Part shown: positions 19,531 through 31,451 of the stretch, piece after piece | Numbering within the stretch: the stretch's first letter is position 1 | Layout: every line of letters begins with the position of its first letter | DNA from: a virus | Lineage: Duplodnaviria > Caudoviricetes | Strand: one strand, 5' to 3' | Length of the DNA stretch: 64,000 nucleotides | Virus record (IMG/VR): IMGVR_UViG_3300028833_000068 | Coordinates: 32,001 to 96,000 of that record | Made by a program: the position numbers and the translations under genes | Notes under the pieces: generated by a model | Database searches by the model: none | Told to the model about the DNA's origin: nothing | Seen by the model: the letters and a program-made list of their open reading frames with translations, nothing else

Positions 19531-22355
19531 TCTATTTCTTTGTCTTTTACATAATTATCTTCATTTCCAACATATAGTTCAGCACCTCTTATATCGCCAT
19601 ATGAATATAATCCCCACACCTCATATGGGTCTTGTCTCTTAACATAAATATCAACCCTTTTATTAATATAGAATGCGCCATTTGTGAATGGATATTCTTC
19701 AATAGTATCATCATTCATGTTTAGCCCATTATTGACAATGTTACGCCATATTAACCTACAAGTTCCATCCTTAAGTATTTGCGCATAACTAGGAATATTT
19801 AAATTATCCATCTTGAAAACCTTAAATTCTCTTAATGGTCTCATTCCTCCTTCATCGTTTTTGAAAACTTCATTTGGAGTTATGAATTTTCCGTTTTCAT
19901 CATATGCTTTAAACGTATATGTATGATAATCGTCATCCTTACCCTTAACAGTTATACAATGATAATATTTCTTTTTGGTTTTGTCATATATCACAGTCTT
20001 ATCACCAATTGAAAGATAATGATATTGGAGTGTTGTAAATTTAGTGGTTTCACCTCTGATAACTAAACTAACAACACTTAAGAAATCTGGCATAGCTGTT
20101 TGCAGTTTATCAAACGATTTAATTTTTATCTCATAATGTGGATTATAATAATAACCCTCATGTTTCTCATTACAAAGTTCATCATATTTTTGTGTTGCTA
20201 CCCTAAATTTACTTGCAGTGTCGTAATCATCAGACCTAATTTCATCGTGATAGAATTTTTCGAAGTACATTGCATCCTTGCCTTTATAAATTTTATTACA
20301 TGCTGCATCCTTTGATTCCCTTTGTGCTGTATTGAATCTATGCAGTATTGGCTGTATAACCCTTTCAATTGCGTGATATCCATCATAATAACATAAGTCT
20401 CCATAGAAGTGTTTATTAGCGCCAAAATCTATTTCAGTATCATCACTATCGAATACCTTATATCCTCTTGGTGTTGTTTTATCATATGTGTTATTATTAA
20501 TTCGATTAATTGAGTTAATATCATTATTGAATCTAGTTTCTTCACTAGTTTCTATACCACAAGTAATCTTACCAAAACAATGAGAAAATTCAACATTTTC
20601 ACTAGTTATCATTGTTTCACTCCAAGGATTTTCTGTATTATAGCCGAATCCATACCACTCTTTATATCCCTTGTTATTCTTAACAAATGTGAGATATATA
20701 GATGATAATGGTCTACCTAAATTATCCTTTAAATTAGATATATCTATATCATCAGTAAAGACAATCTCGCCAATATCATCAGAATATATATTCTTAGCAA
20801 ATGCAAGCCTTGAAGGATGGCTTTCAAAATCATATTTGCTATCTTGATATTCATCTATTACTTTACCATTATCTTTATATAATGCGTATTCACTTGAAGT
20901 ATCGGCACTTGCAAACTTGAAATTTGGTATCTTTGAAAATATCCTTACATAATACTCACATTCTATTCCACTAACAACTTTCTTATATGACAATTCTTGG
21001 GCATCATCATCTAAGTTAACGTATTTATCTTCTATCACATAATACTTATATCCATCCTCTTCACCATTCTTGATATAATATAAGCCATTGAGGACATATG
21101 TATCATCATTAATGTTAATTGTGGAATCTTCACTAGACACTTCCATCCAATTCTTGCTTATTTGAACATCTGAAAATACGATGAATATATAATCATTTAC
21201 AATGGTTGTAACCTCCGCATTCTGCAAGATTAACGAGGTTTCTCCACTTATAGTATTATATATATTGACATAATCACCTTTGGATAAACCATGTTTTGCA
21301 ATGCTATATATTACCAATTGTTTTACACCGCCATCTGACACTGTATTCTCATTGAAATATAATACCTTTAATGAGTTATTATTGGGTTGTATAATATCAG
21401 TAAATGGTTCAGTAATTGATGAACTAGGATAAGTTAGACAGTAATTCCAATTCTTCTCTATTCTATTTCTATAAGGATTGTATTTAGGAACGAATGAATA
21501 TAAACTTCTATCTGGATACATATCAACAAAATCACCACCGTTCATATACATTATAGGTTTGTTGATTTGCATTGGGAAATCATCATTCCAAAAATCTTTA
21601 TAAGTTGATATTTTGGCTTTATTTTTAAAACCAACCCAACCAGTAAAATTATTTATTAGCCTATTTTCAACACAATCTTCAAATGAATATATATCATCAG
21701 ATTTATAGACATGCAATTTGGTTGGAGTTCTACCTTTATTAACAAAACCACTATCAACTGGATAATATATCCTTTCCTTTACTCTTCCACCCTCAGCATT
21801 ACGCATATCATCCCTTATGGTATTAAAATTAGCAATATCAGTTGTATCTGAGCCTTTACTGCAAATAGCCTTAAATGTATTACTTCTAATTAAATGATTG
21901 TTAAAAATGTCTTTTCCACAATGATAAACATATTCATCATTAGTAATTTGAGTGTCTCTAATAAGTTCAAGAGTTCCAAAATTATTATTTACCCAACCAC
22001 TAATAGTATTATTTTTGTAATATATCTTATCACTAATGACATCTTCATCATTTGCAATCTTTCCACTAAGAACCTTGTAATTCAGAAAAGACACCTCGCT
22101 ACTGCCCTCATCCTTAACAATCTCAGTAATAGAGTTAAAAAGAACATTTGTACAAACTGGATTAACTTGACAAGTTAGACGTATTTTGTTGCAATTTTTA
22201 CGTTCTTCATTGTAGACATCGCTCTGACTAATAGTTTCAGACATGTCAGTTGTGGGTAAAAGTCTCCTTTTACCCACAAGTCTGACGTTTAGTCCCTCAC
22301 TAGTGTTTACAGACTTCTTACTATTAAACCCTTGTAAAAATATTTTATTATCCAT
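19524..22355 (-). CDS. putative tail/baseplate structural protein
   Basis: 943-aa ORF in the structural block. Confidence 0.55.
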   Translation of the reverse strand: MDNKIFLQGFNSKKSVNTSEGLNVRLVGKRRLLPTTDMSETISQSDVYNEERKNCNKIRLTCQVNPVCTNVLFNSITEIVKDEGSSEVSFLNYKVLSGKIANDEDVISDKIYYKNNTISGWVNNNFGTLELIRDTQITNDEYVYHCGKDIFNNHLIRSNTFKAICSKGSDTTDIANFNTIRDDMRNAEGGRVKERIYYPVDSGFVNKGRTPTKLHVYKSDDIYSFEDCVENRLINNFTGWVGFKNKAKISTYKDFWNDDFPMQINKPIMYMNGGDFVDMYPDRSLYSFVPKYNPYRNRIEKNWNYCLTYPSSSITEPFTDIIQPNNNSLKVLYFNENTVSDGGVKQLVIYSIAKHGLSKGDYVNIYNTISGETSLILQNAEVTTIVNDYIFIVFSDVQISKNWMEVSSEDSTININDDTYVLNGLYYIKNGEEDGYKYYVIEDKYVNLDDDAQELSYKKVVSGIECEYYVRIFSKIPNFKFASADTSSEYALYKDNGKVIDEYQDSKYDFESHPSRLAFAKNIYSDDIGEIVFTDDIDISNLKDNLGRPLSSIYLTFVKNNKGYKEWYGFGYNTENPWSETMITSENVEFSHCFGKITCGIETSEETRFNNDINSINRINNNTYDKTTPRGYKVFDSDDTEIDFGANKHFYGDLCYYDGYHAIERVIQPILHRFNTAQRESKDAACNKIYKGKDAMYFEKFYHDEIRSDDYDTASKFRVATQKYDELCNEKHEGYYYNPHYEIKIKSFDKLQTAMPDFLSVVSLVIRGETTKFTTLQYHYLSIGDKTVIYDKTKKKYYHCITVKGKDDDYHTYTFKAYDENGKFITPNEVFKNDEGGMRPLREFKVFKMDNLNIPSYAQILKDGTCRLIWRNIVNNGLNMNDDTIEEYPFTNGAFYINKRVDIYVKRQDPYEVWGLYSYGDIRGAELYVGNEDNYVKDKEIEC

Positions 22356-22368
22356 TATTTACTGATTT

Positions 22369-25300
22369 TTAAATGTTAGATTCTCCAAATGCAAACCTAT
22401 ATCTAATATTATCGTCTGTTGTTAAATAAACAAAAAGTTCAGTCAATCTTATGTCATCTATATTTATAACCCACTTATGACCAACAACAATTATTGGGAT
22501 TGATACACCGTCATACGTAATTGTACTAGCTTCCCCAATAGACAATGTTTGAGTAAAGTAATATCTTTGACTTATATGCATATAGTTAACATTTACTTCA
22601 AATACGATATTGGCACTTATTGTACCTTCTATTTTTCTACCTCTATCAAAAACATCTCCATATTGTGTGTGTCTTTTTTTGGTCTCATAAACATCAAATT
22701 GTTTAATTGTTATATTTCCTCCTTCATTTACAATGTTATACTCAACTTCTAAAGGTCCACAATAATAGAATTTGGTAAATTCATATGACACGATACTATT
22801 TTTTAACTTAGTTTCTCCCTTTGCAACATATTTTTTCTTATAACACATTCCAAGATAGTTTTCACCAGTCATATAATAGCTAATGTCTTTATTATACACA
22901 ATTAAACTACTATCAGTTAAACTGCCAACATCATATTGATAGACTAAGCCACCACATTGAGAATAATAGGAATCTATTAAAGCTTTATATGTATAACTTA
23001 TAGCACTAACTTCTTTATCACCTTGGCTGTTCTCATACATTTGCTGTACTGTTAAACCCTTACCTTTATCATTGTCATGCCAAGTCCTATTACTAAAACC
23101 ACGATTGCTTATGTGTATATTTCTAAACGCTCCATCAGAAATGCTAATCTCATGACCATTCATTGTTATGTACCCATCAGAGTTTTCGCCATAAGTGCCA
23201 TATTCCTCACCTTCATCTTTTTTTAAGAAGGATGGCTGTATAATAGCCGCTTTCCTTAATTTTTTCCACCATTCTTCTATCATAGATGGGTCATATGATT
23301 GTGTTTTTTTCATAAAGGTTAAATCTCCAATTGACACATATCTTGGTACAGACACATAAACATCATACTTACCATTGGTGTCTCTTTGATATTCAAACAA
23401 AGTTCCAATTTTTTCTATATAAACATATTCGGTTCCAGATGCACTAGAATTAGATTTAACATCATATCCATTAATATGATAGTTAAAGTGTCCATAATCA
23501 AGTTCTGCAATATTCTTTTTAATATTATAGTTAGGATTTGGCATAGTTGTTGACCACAATGGTGGTGGAACTAATGTTTGATTAAACTTAAGTTTCACAT
23601 CTAGAGTTTCTCCTCTTGATACAATTCCAGTAAATTCATTTGCTTCAAAATTTGGTTTTAAATTGATATTAAAACTACAAGATGAAACCTTTAATCGTAA
23701 TTCATTGTTTGCATCAATTTCACGGAAGTTGATATACCTCTTTGCTGGATAGTTTTCCCCACTAAACCAACCATTAACTGGACCACTAGTAGTATACACT
23801 AGTGCAAATTTTTCATCATCTTGAATAGTTCTATTTCCAAACTTATCGATATAGAACTGGTTACCTAAATAATTTTCACTAGATACAAAATAATTTACAA
23901 TATTTGCTGTACCAAGTTTAGCCTCATAATATCTCTTAATGGTAGTAAGATTAGAGCTAGGTGTCAAGATAGCATCTGCCTTATCTTCAGTAAGAACATA
24001 GTCATATTCATAATTATAATGTATCTCTTCATTAGTGTTTTCATCTATCTCAGTCCTAGATATAACATTATAAGTTTCATCCTCATATGACATTTCAATG
24101 CCATTATAGAAATACCCAAACAAAGCAACATTTTGAACCTTTTTATCACTTACTTCTTTTGCTGTTTTCAAATCTGCTGAGTCTACTGTTGGGTCTTCTG
24201 TAACATCAATTACTATTGGAGTATCATTTCCTCCACCATTTGGTCTTGGATTACCAAGTTCAATATCAACCCTCTCATTTGAAGTGTCTGATGAAAGTGC
24301 CTCAACTAGCTTTAACGGCCATCTATCAGGTCCAAAAGGTCCTAGAGCAACAAGGTCATAATCAAGTCTTCTGTCAACAAACATTGCCCTAAAATATGGG
24401 TTTGTATAGTGTTTGCAAATATCAGTGCCACTTTGATATGCTAGTGCTGGTACAGTTGTTAGTTCTTCATCGTCACCAAGTTCTTTCCATCTATTTGTTA
24501 AGTTTGGTGTTGCATTCGTTGGTATTGCTTCACAGAATATGTTACAATCTCCCTCATCGTTTCCATTGTACATGCCATTGCTTGAGAATGCCCCAAAGTA
24601 ATTACCAATATAATTTCTAATCTTTCTAATGTAATTATTATTTATTCTGATTGTATCCTTATATTGTTCTTTTGTTTCGTCATTATAGTTATACCCCACA
24701 ATATTTGGATATATGGCGTTAACTGTTGTTGAATTATTATCAGAATATATTACATTAGTTGAAATTAAATCAGTATCATCATAACAAGGTGTTAATGACC
24801 TATACAATGTAGGCTGTATACCACCAGTGGCAGTATATTGGAAGGTGTTTTCACCACCTCGTCCAACTACATATGTTGCTTTACATAAGTTGAACAACTT
24901 CTCAAACTTATAAAGAAGAATATTCTGTCTATTAGTCCAAAGTGTTTCTATTCTATCTTCCTCATCAGTTAATTGGGTTTCATCTACGAAACCGCCTATG
25001 AAATCTTGCCAAACTTTTGTTTCTCCAACATTTGGGAACACATAAGATGCTGGGTCTTGTACATCTATCCAATGTTTTAATTGCGGCATATAATTAGTAG
25101 AATCATAATTCGTAACTGGTGGATAGAAATATTCATTACCCTTATCTATCATAAATTTAACTGGCATTGTATTCAGATAAGCATAGAAGTTTTCGCCATT
25201 ATCAACAGTAACAGCTTGTGTTGTGATGTTTGCTGAATATGATTCTTCATCACCTTCCATTTCTTTACCATCACAAATCTGTGCAATCTTAATATCAAAC

Positions 25301-28300
25301 GTAGCTGGCGTGTGAACTCTTAAACCAAAATCTGTAACATAAAGTCCATCTCGATGCATATAGAATGCATCACTGCACAGATACTCATTTATATTGAGTT
25401 CAACAGTATTTGTGCTTTCTTCATTATCGTCTTTAGACACTGATACATAGATATTGGCAATGTGTTTGTATTCTGTTTTAAATAATTCATTACTTCCATA
25501 TACATAGAATTTACCAATACCGTATCCTAGTTCTTCACTAGTTGTCACATATTCTACATTTGTAATGTCAAATCTATAATTGTCAATAAATAAGTCACTG
25601 AATTCTATAGTGCCATTATAATGTTCGCAGATTCTTTCAATCTGAGCTTGTTTTGAGACAGCATCTTTTGCCAAATCTTCATAATATTTAGTACCTAATG
25701 GAGTGCCTATTGCACTAATTGTTATTTTTGGCATTTCCAATCTGACTCTTTCTATCAATGACCTTCCATTATAATCAACAACACGTAAGTTATATGTTCC
25801 ATTTTCTAGAAGTTCACCATTCGTATATGCTGATATTGTATATTCATTGGTCTCATAATCATCTCCAAAATTAACCAATTTGCCAAGAGAAGTATATAGA
25901 CGATATGAATATGGGATTTCAATATCATCTGAAGTAAATTTTATATATCCTATTGCATCATCTTCCTTCTTGTATTCTACTGGACAATATGATGCACCTC
26001 TTTTCTCTATTTCTAATGTAAATGGGTATTTAGTATTTTTGAAACATCTAGCTGAGAACATCTTATTAAACTTCTCAATTGCAGTATTACCTTTTTTAAC
26101 ACCAAAATAGAAATAGAATGAGTTGTTATATAATGGCATAGAATTATCATCTATATAGAACTGTCCTTCACCATTAAAATTTGATTTACCTTGAACGTCA
26201 CCCAATCTAAAGTTAATATATGCTTCATCAGCATCATCACTCATTACTTGTTTAAAATTACCATACTTATAACGTTCAGTAAGTACCTTCATTCTTCCAT
26301 CTAAGTCAGTTGGATACAAATACTTAAACTTTGGTATATAGTAATTGGTATTTTCGTCTAATACTTGTGTTGTATAGAAACTATCATTTCCATAATTCTT
26401 TCTGAGTTTGTTTTGATAAGTTTGTGGAATAAAACCTAGATGGTTCATTGTTGCAAACATTGCACGATTTTCCGTATCATCAAGTTCATACTTGGTGATA
26501 AGCCCATCAGTTTCAAATGTTCCTTCCTTAAAACCAGATGATGTGGGATATTGTACACTATATGACATATCTAAATTCATTCCAAGCTCACTCAATCGTT
26601 CAACATTTATGCAAGACTTCGCCTTGGTATCAGCATATGTACATTCAAGATTCATGAATAGACCATTCTTATAACTAGGAGGTCCACCTTCATCCCAATC
26701 AACCCAATCCATGCCAGTTGTCATAGAAGGACCACTTGTGTCGCCAGAGTCAGACAATGTATTTTTAGAATTTTTTTCTTCTTCAGTATCATCTACTGCA
26801 TCATGTATTGTTGCAATTGGAGGTATATTAGCAGTTGTAGATGGCAATGCATTAAAGAATTGAGGTAATCCATATAAGTTATCCTCATTTAAATTACCTA
26901 ATAATATTATATCTGTTGCAAATAATCTAATTGCTTCAAACCCTTCATTCTCATTAACTCCTTTTCCTATTGCCTCATTGGTAGGATTTAATGCCGTATA
27001 GTAATATGCAGTCAAGCCATCCTTATTTGTCACACCTTTAATAAGACCATTTGAAAACCCCACCATAGTAGCATGAGACTTTCCACGATGCCATTCATCA
27101 TCACTTTCTGGGATGTTTCCACTACTTAATTTAAGTTTCTTGTTGTTATAAATGAAACTACAAGTAAGATATGACTTCATTCTAGAATAACTTCTATTAC
27201 AATCACAGAATTCATTACTAGCGGGAGTAGAGAACAGTCCAAACAAGAAGCTCTTCTTTCTTCTCTTTCTCCAATACCACAATGGCATATAAAGAGACCC
27301 ATTAATCCAATCTTGGAAGAAATCTAACTTAACAATCTTATAATCTTGTGCCAATTTTTGCTGCACTAAGTCCATAAGAACAGACACACTTGCTCTTTTA
27401 TTGCAGTTTTCCATTCCTTCTGGACAATCAGATGCGTCTAGACTATCATCACCACATCCTGGATAGAATGCAGTGTTATCATCACTAAGTCCAGCGCCTA
27501 ATGATATGCACCCAATTAATCCTATATGCGCCCAATTAAACACACACCCAAGGAAAGGTATGCAAATGTTAAGTATCGAATTTAAAATGTCAATAATAGT
27601 ATTGATTACACCAATGATAAATTTGTTAATGAACCATACAATAAGTGCAATTAAATTAAATATAATACACACAACAGCATACATAAATGGTATGTCAATT
27701 CTTAACTTATTAAATGGTACGGGATTTTGGTCATCTACCAAGTTACTACCTTTCAGACCAGTATAGTTAGGCGAATGGGGCCTATGTGCAACTTGGGTCT
27801 TAGGAATATAGTTCTTTACACTATATACATTATTCCAATAAAGGTCACGGAAACAATCCTCTGGTGTTGAAGAACCAAAGGTATACATTTTTTCAATATA
27901 TTCACTATTTTCCACTGTTGTTGGTTTATCCCCAATCAACGTAGGATTCATTGGAACTAGATACTTTGCAGTATGGCGTGAATGCCCCTCGTCTCCAGTT
28001 TCTAGTTTACTAAATCTGAACCTTACTTGCGTTCTAGTTGGAATACCCTTATTTGGATTATCTGTTGGTACAATATTACCATATTCATCAGTGCCTATAA
28101 AGTCTAAGTTCATTGGAATTTGATAACACCATACTCCATTTGTATCAATTAACTGATTTCCTTGGATAGAATATTCTTCAACCAATCCATCTTGTGTCTT
28201 GCGAATCATCTCAATTGTACCTTCACCAGCAATAAGTTGGCTATTCATTCCATTATCTTCACTTGGTGAACATCTATGACCAATTGAATTACCCTCATTG

Positions 28301-29076
28301 TCTGATATAATTGAACCCATAAACACGCAAGTAGGCTCAAACTTATATTGAATCTGAACATCACAGCGTGTAATAGCCGCAATACCATTATCTAGGTTCA
28401 TATCACCCCAAAATGGATAGACAAACACACTTTTGTTTTGTGAGAACAATTGTGCCAAACCATCTAAATTAGTACTTTCCTTAAATTGTCTAGGACTATC
28501 GAACATTGTCATACTATAACCCTTATATTCAAAATCAGTAGGGGTTTGGGAAAGAATGCCTATATCAGATAAATCCATGTCAACGTGTAACTGCTGATTT
28601 CCACTAGGAACACCAAAAAGCATATAGTCACCAGCGTTATTTGTAACGGTGGTGAACTTATAATATTTGTCAAATATTTCTAATTGAACATTATCATCTA
28701 GTATTAACCTTTTATTTGGAAACGTACCAACAATTCTGTAACAATCATCGTCACTGTCACTTGGAAGAAGGTTGTATCTTCTTCCATCTTTGTCTTTATC
28801 CATCACTTCTTGATATGGATAAAGCGATTCCATATATGTTGGGTCATTCTTATCTCTTTCAATGAATATAGAAACCCTTGCATTTGGAATACCAAATGCA
28901 TCATTTGCAAGAACTCTTCCAACTATAACACCATAATTGGAAGAGTGTAATCTGTAAGCATCTACTTGAGATAAACTCATGGTTAATACGTTAAGAAACT
29001 CATAGTCTTGTGACATATTAACATTCAAAACAGTATCGCTTACAATATTTGTGTGTATTCTATAATTTTTTTCCAT
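22369..29076 (-). CDS. giant (2235 aa) structural protein with an N-terminal carboxypeptidase-regulatory-like beta sandwich and an internal hydrophobic segment
   Basis: GVIVGRVLANDAFGIPNARVSI...TVTNNAGDYMLFGVPSG; hydrophobic stretch at about aa 465-535. Confidence 0.6.
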   Translation of the reverse strand: MEKNYRIHTNIVSDTVLNVNMSQDYEFLNVLTMSLSQVDAYRLHSSNYGVIVGRVLANDAFGIPNARVSIFIERDKNDPTYMESLYPYQEVMDKDKDGRRYNLLPSDSDDDCYRIVGTFPNKRLILDDNVQLEIFDKYYKFTTVTNNAGDYMLFGVPSGNQQLHVDMDLSDIGILSQTPTDFEYKGYSMTMFDSPRQFKESTNLDGLAQLFSQNKSVFVYPFWGDMNLDNGIAAITRCDVQIQYKFEPTCVFMGSIISDNEGNSIGHRCSPSEDNGMNSQLIAGEGTIEMIRKTQDGLVEEYSIQGNQLIDTNGVWCYQIPMNLDFIGTDEYGNIVPTDNPNKGIPTRTQVRFRFSKLETGDEGHSRHTAKYLVPMNPTLIGDKPTTVENSEYIEKMYTFGSSTPEDCFRDLYWNNVYSVKNYIPKTQVAHRPHSPNYTGLKGSNLVDDQNPVPFNKLRIDIPFMYAVVCIIFNLIALIVWFINKFIIGVINTIIDILNSILNICIPFLGCVFNWAHIGLIGCISLGAGLSDDNTAFYPGCGDDSLDASDCPEGMENCNKRASVSVLMDLVQQKLAQDYKIVKLDFFQDWINGSLYMPLWYWRKRRKKSFLFGLFSTPASNEFCDCNRSYSRMKSYLTCSFIYNNKKLKLSSGNIPESDDEWHRGKSHATMVGFSNGLIKGVTNKDGLTAYYYTALNPTNEAIGKGVNENEGFEAIRLFATDIILLGNLNEDNLYGLPQFFNALPSTTANIPPIATIHDAVDDTEEEKNSKNTLSDSGDTSGPSMTTGMDWVDWDEGGPPSYKNGLFMNLECTYADTKAKSCINVERLSELGMNLDMSYSVQYPTSSGFKEGTFETDGLITKYELDDTENRAMFATMNHLGFIPQTYQNKLRKNYGNDSFYTTQVLDENTNYYIPKFKYLYPTDLDGRMKVLTERYKYGNFKQVMSDDADEAYINFRLGDVQGKSNFNGEGQFYIDDNSMPLYNNSFYFYFGVKKGNTAIEKFNKMFSARCFKNTKYPFTLEIEKRGASYCPVEYKKEDDAIGYIKFTSDDIEIPYSYRLYTSLGKLVNFGDDYETNEYTISAYTNGELLENGTYNLRVVDYNGRSLIERVRLEMPKITISAIGTPLGTKYYEDLAKDAVSKQAQIERICEHYNGTIEFSDLFIDNYRFDITNVEYVTTSEELGYGIGKFYVYGSNELFKTEYKHIANIYVSVSKDDNEESTNTVELNINEYLCSDAFYMHRDGLYVTDFGLRVHTPATFDIKIAQICDGKEMEGDEESYSANITTQAVTVDNGENFYAYLNTMPVKFMIDKGNEYFYPPVTNYDSTNYMPQLKHWIDVQDPASYVFPNVGETKVWQDFIGGFVDETQLTDEEDRIETLWTNRQNILLYKFEKLFNLCKATYVVGRGGENTFQYTATGGIQPTLYRSLTPCYDDTDLISTNVIYSDNNSTTVNAIYPNIVGYNYNDETKEQYKDTIRINNNYIRKIRNYIGNYFGAFSSNGMYNGNDEGDCNIFCEAIPTNATPNLTNRWKELGDDEELTTVPALAYQSGTDICKHYTNPYFRAMFVDRRLDYDLVALGPFGPDRWPLKLVEALSSDTSNERVDIELGNPRPNGGGNDTPIVIDVTEDPTVDSADLKTAKEVSDKKVQNVALFGYFYNGIEMSYEDETYNVISRTEIDENTNEEIHYNYEYDYVLTEDKADAILTPSSNLTTIKRYYEAKLGTANIVNYFVSSENYLGNQFYIDKFGNRTIQDDEKFALVYTTSGPVNGWFSGENYPAKRYINFREIDANNELRLKVSSCSFNINLKPNFEANEFTGIVSRGETLDVKLKFNQTLVPPPLWSTTMPNPNYNIKKNIAELDYGHFNYHINGYDVKSNSSASGTEYVYIEKIGTLFEYQRDTNGKYDVYVSVPRYVSIGDLTFMKKTQSYDPSMIEEWWKKLRKAAIIQPSFLKKDEGEEYGTYGENSDGYITMNGHEISISDGAFRNIHISNRGFSNRTWHDNDKGKGLTVQQMYENSQGDKEVSAISYTYKALIDSYYSQCGGLVYQYDVGSLTDSSLIVYNKDISYYMTGENYLGMCYKKKYVAKGETKLKNSIVSYEFTKFYYCGPLEVEYNIVNEGGNITIKQFDVYETKKRHTQYGDVFDRGRKIEGTISANIVFEVNVNYMHISQRYYFTQTLSIGEASTITYDGVSIPIIVVGHKWVINIDDIRLTELFVYLTTDDNIRYRFAFGESNI

Positions 29077-29308
29077 TTTCTAAATACTTTCCCAAAAACT
29101 TAGGTAACACTATTCTATGATTCCCAAAAAATATTGCATAAACTGCCCATAACATTATGATTGGCGTGAGCACTATAGCAAATCCAACTGCAATTACGAA
29201 AAATAACACCTTATAAGAATATCTCGTAACTTTCCTCATAACACTCTCTTCTTGAGGAACACCATATTTTTCCTCAAAATTTCTAGCCTTCTTACAATTA
29301 CAAGCCAT
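29060..29308 (-). CDS. small membrane protein with N-terminal MACNCK
   Basis: MACNCKK followed by a long transmembrane helix. Confidence 0.7.
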   Translation of the reverse strand: MACNCKKARNFEEKYGVPQEESVMRKVTRYSYKVLFFVIAVGFAIVLTPIIMLWAVYAIFFGNHRIVLPKFLGKYLENGKKL

Positions 29309-29445
29309 AACCATTTATTAATTTTTCACCGATTTGTTTAAAAACATCTTTATCATAATCAATATAAATCATTTTTATTCCATGCTTTTCACATAATTCC
29401 TTTTTCAATTTATCTCTAAAAAAAGCACACAAAAACTGAAATAGA

Positions 29446-31449
29446 CTAACGAGTTTTTACACGACAAGATATATCAATACTAGGTTGCTTAATTTCAAAG
29501 AGTGAGTTGTAGTCAGAATATAGAACTCTATCAATTGCATCGAGGTCTATTTCCTCGCTATTCGCTGTTGGGTCTTTTGGTATAAATCCACTATCAGTAA
29601 CCACATCACAAGCTCCTCCTTGTACCTTTGTTGGTAATGGACATTTATCTGGTGAATAACCGCCATTCCAAACCTTATAAGCTCTTAATGATATAAGACT
29701 TATAACACCATCTTGCAAGGTAATCTCCTTTTCTAAATCACCAATAAAAATGTCTTCTCCCATATCATGCTTATTAACATCAAAATAACTACGGATGCTT
29801 TCAATTACATTTGAAGTAACATTTGCCACATTATAGTTCTTATCTATGAATAAATCAACTAAAAAGGCTATATTGTATATTCTACCACTCTTAATTTCAA
29901 TATAATCGTTTATTTGTTTATAATGAGACATGTATTCGATTATATTTTCTACTAGAGTTTGTGGCAAAGCAGAATCTAATTTACCTTCATTATTAAGACC
30001 TAATAAATCCATCTCAATCTTATTGTTTGTTTCAACCACACAACTTCTGAATGGAGCACCATATTTAGGGGGCATCTGTGCCAATTTTACCTTATAATCT
30101 TTGACAGTAACAGCACGATTCTGAGATGAGGTATTATATTTCATTAATGCCTTTATCTCTTCCGTAGAAGGTGCATCCTTACCAGCCAACGCTGGAGACA
30201 GATTTGTTACCTTAAGAGAATTGATTACTTCTCCTCTTCTAGTCCCATCAGTTTCTACCACATTACCACCCCAATCAATATTTGCAATAGTAATTTTATT
30301 AATTGAATCTGGTCCTAAATTGGTAGAAACACCCCCTCCAATACGATATAAAACAAACATTGTCCATCCTTCTTTTGGTAATATGCCAAGCATGTTATTA
30401 TTCACTTGTCTTGACATAATATATTCACCATATGTGCTTATACCCTCTGGCAGTGGCTCATAACCATTTCCAGCACCAAATATAATCTTCAAATATCCAT
30501 TATCAGTGAATTCTGTAATGAACTTTTGGGTTAATGGCTTCCACTTTCCAACATAATATCTAGTTGTTCTAGTAGATGCACTATTACTTCCTTCAGTGTA
30601 ATCCTCATATTTGTCTGGATTTAATGTATCGATTATGCCATCTGTTAAATTAGATTCAGTACCAAACCTCCATTGGTCTGCTAGTGAATCACATTCAAAG
30701 AAACGATATGTTTTAACTGCATTTGATGATATTCTATATTCCTCTGCGTCAATAAAATATTCATAAATACTAGGACTAGAAGTATAATCTGAAGTCTCTT
30801 TAAATATAATGGATTCAATTTCCATTACATTCTCTTCTGGTAATACAATTTCCATAAATGGTTTTAAATCAGTAGAACTAATAACTCTACGATATACTCT
30901 AGAATTACCATTAACTACAATAGTAGACTTGGAAACAGTATATCCAGTAATATTTCCATTTCCATCTCTACTTGGGACAATTTTTCTATTTGAAAAACCA
31001 TTCTTATTGAATTGTTCAGAAAAATCAACATCTTCAGTTAATTGGAAATTATAGTTTCCAGCAGAAACAATACTAGTTTGCTGAACAATGGGAGCATAAT
31101 TCCAATCTGGACGAGATATACTATCACCAGTACTAGGAGGTAAAACACAACTAAGTTCTATCTCACAAAGTGATGCCTTCTGTCCAGGTATCTTTAAACC
31201 ATTGGTTCTAGCCATATTTAACACAGTGCTTTCAAGATTTGCACTATCAATATTGGTTTCTTGATACATTCTATCAATATGATAGTTCAAATCATCACCA
31301 ACTGCTGACACAAGGTCAATAAACCATGCACCAACACTTGAATCATTGAAATCATCTGCAAGTTCTGGATAATACTTGTTGCTAAACTTTAGCAACTCAC
31401 CCTTAATATCTTCAAATGACCTACTCAAATAATTTATACCTTTTTCCAT
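29446..31449 (-). CDS. baseplate wedge subunit (T4 gp6 / baseplate J-like)
   Basis: RSFEDIK..L...YYPE..DFNDSSVG..FIDL, IIFGAG, QNRAVTVKDY. Confidence 0.9.
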   Translation of the reverse strand: MEKGINYLSRSFEDIKGELLKFSNKYYPELADDFNDSSVGAWFIDLVSAVGDDLNYHIDRMYQETNIDSANLESTVLNMARTNGLKIPGQKASLCEIELSCVLPPSTGDSISRPDWNYAPIVQQTSIVSAGNYNFQLTEDVDFSEQFNKNGFSNRKIVPSRDGNGNITGYTVSKSTIVVNGNSRVYRRVISSTDLKPFMEIVLPEENVMEIESIIFKETSDYTSSPSIYEYFIDAEEYRISSNAVKTYRFFECDSLADQWRFGTESNLTDGIIDTLNPDKYEDYTEGSNSASTRTTRYYVGKWKPLTQKFITEFTDNGYLKIIFGAGNGYEPLPEGISTYGEYIMSRQVNNNMLGILPKEGWTMFVLYRIGGGVSTNLGPDSINKITIANIDWGGNVVETDGTRRGEVINSLKVTNLSPALAGKDAPSTEEIKALMKYNTSSQNRAVTVKDYKVKLAQMPPKYGAPFRSCVVETNNKIEMDLLGLNNEGKLDSALPQTLVENIIEYMSHYKQINDYIEIKSGRIYNIAFLVDLFIDKNYNVANVTSNVIESIRSYFDVNKHDMGEDIFIGDLEKEITLQDGVISLISLRAYKVWNGGYSPDKCPLPTKVQGGACDVVTDSGFIPKDPTANSEEIDLDAIDRVLYSDYNSLFEIKQPSIDISCRVKTR

Positions 31450-31451
31450 TT

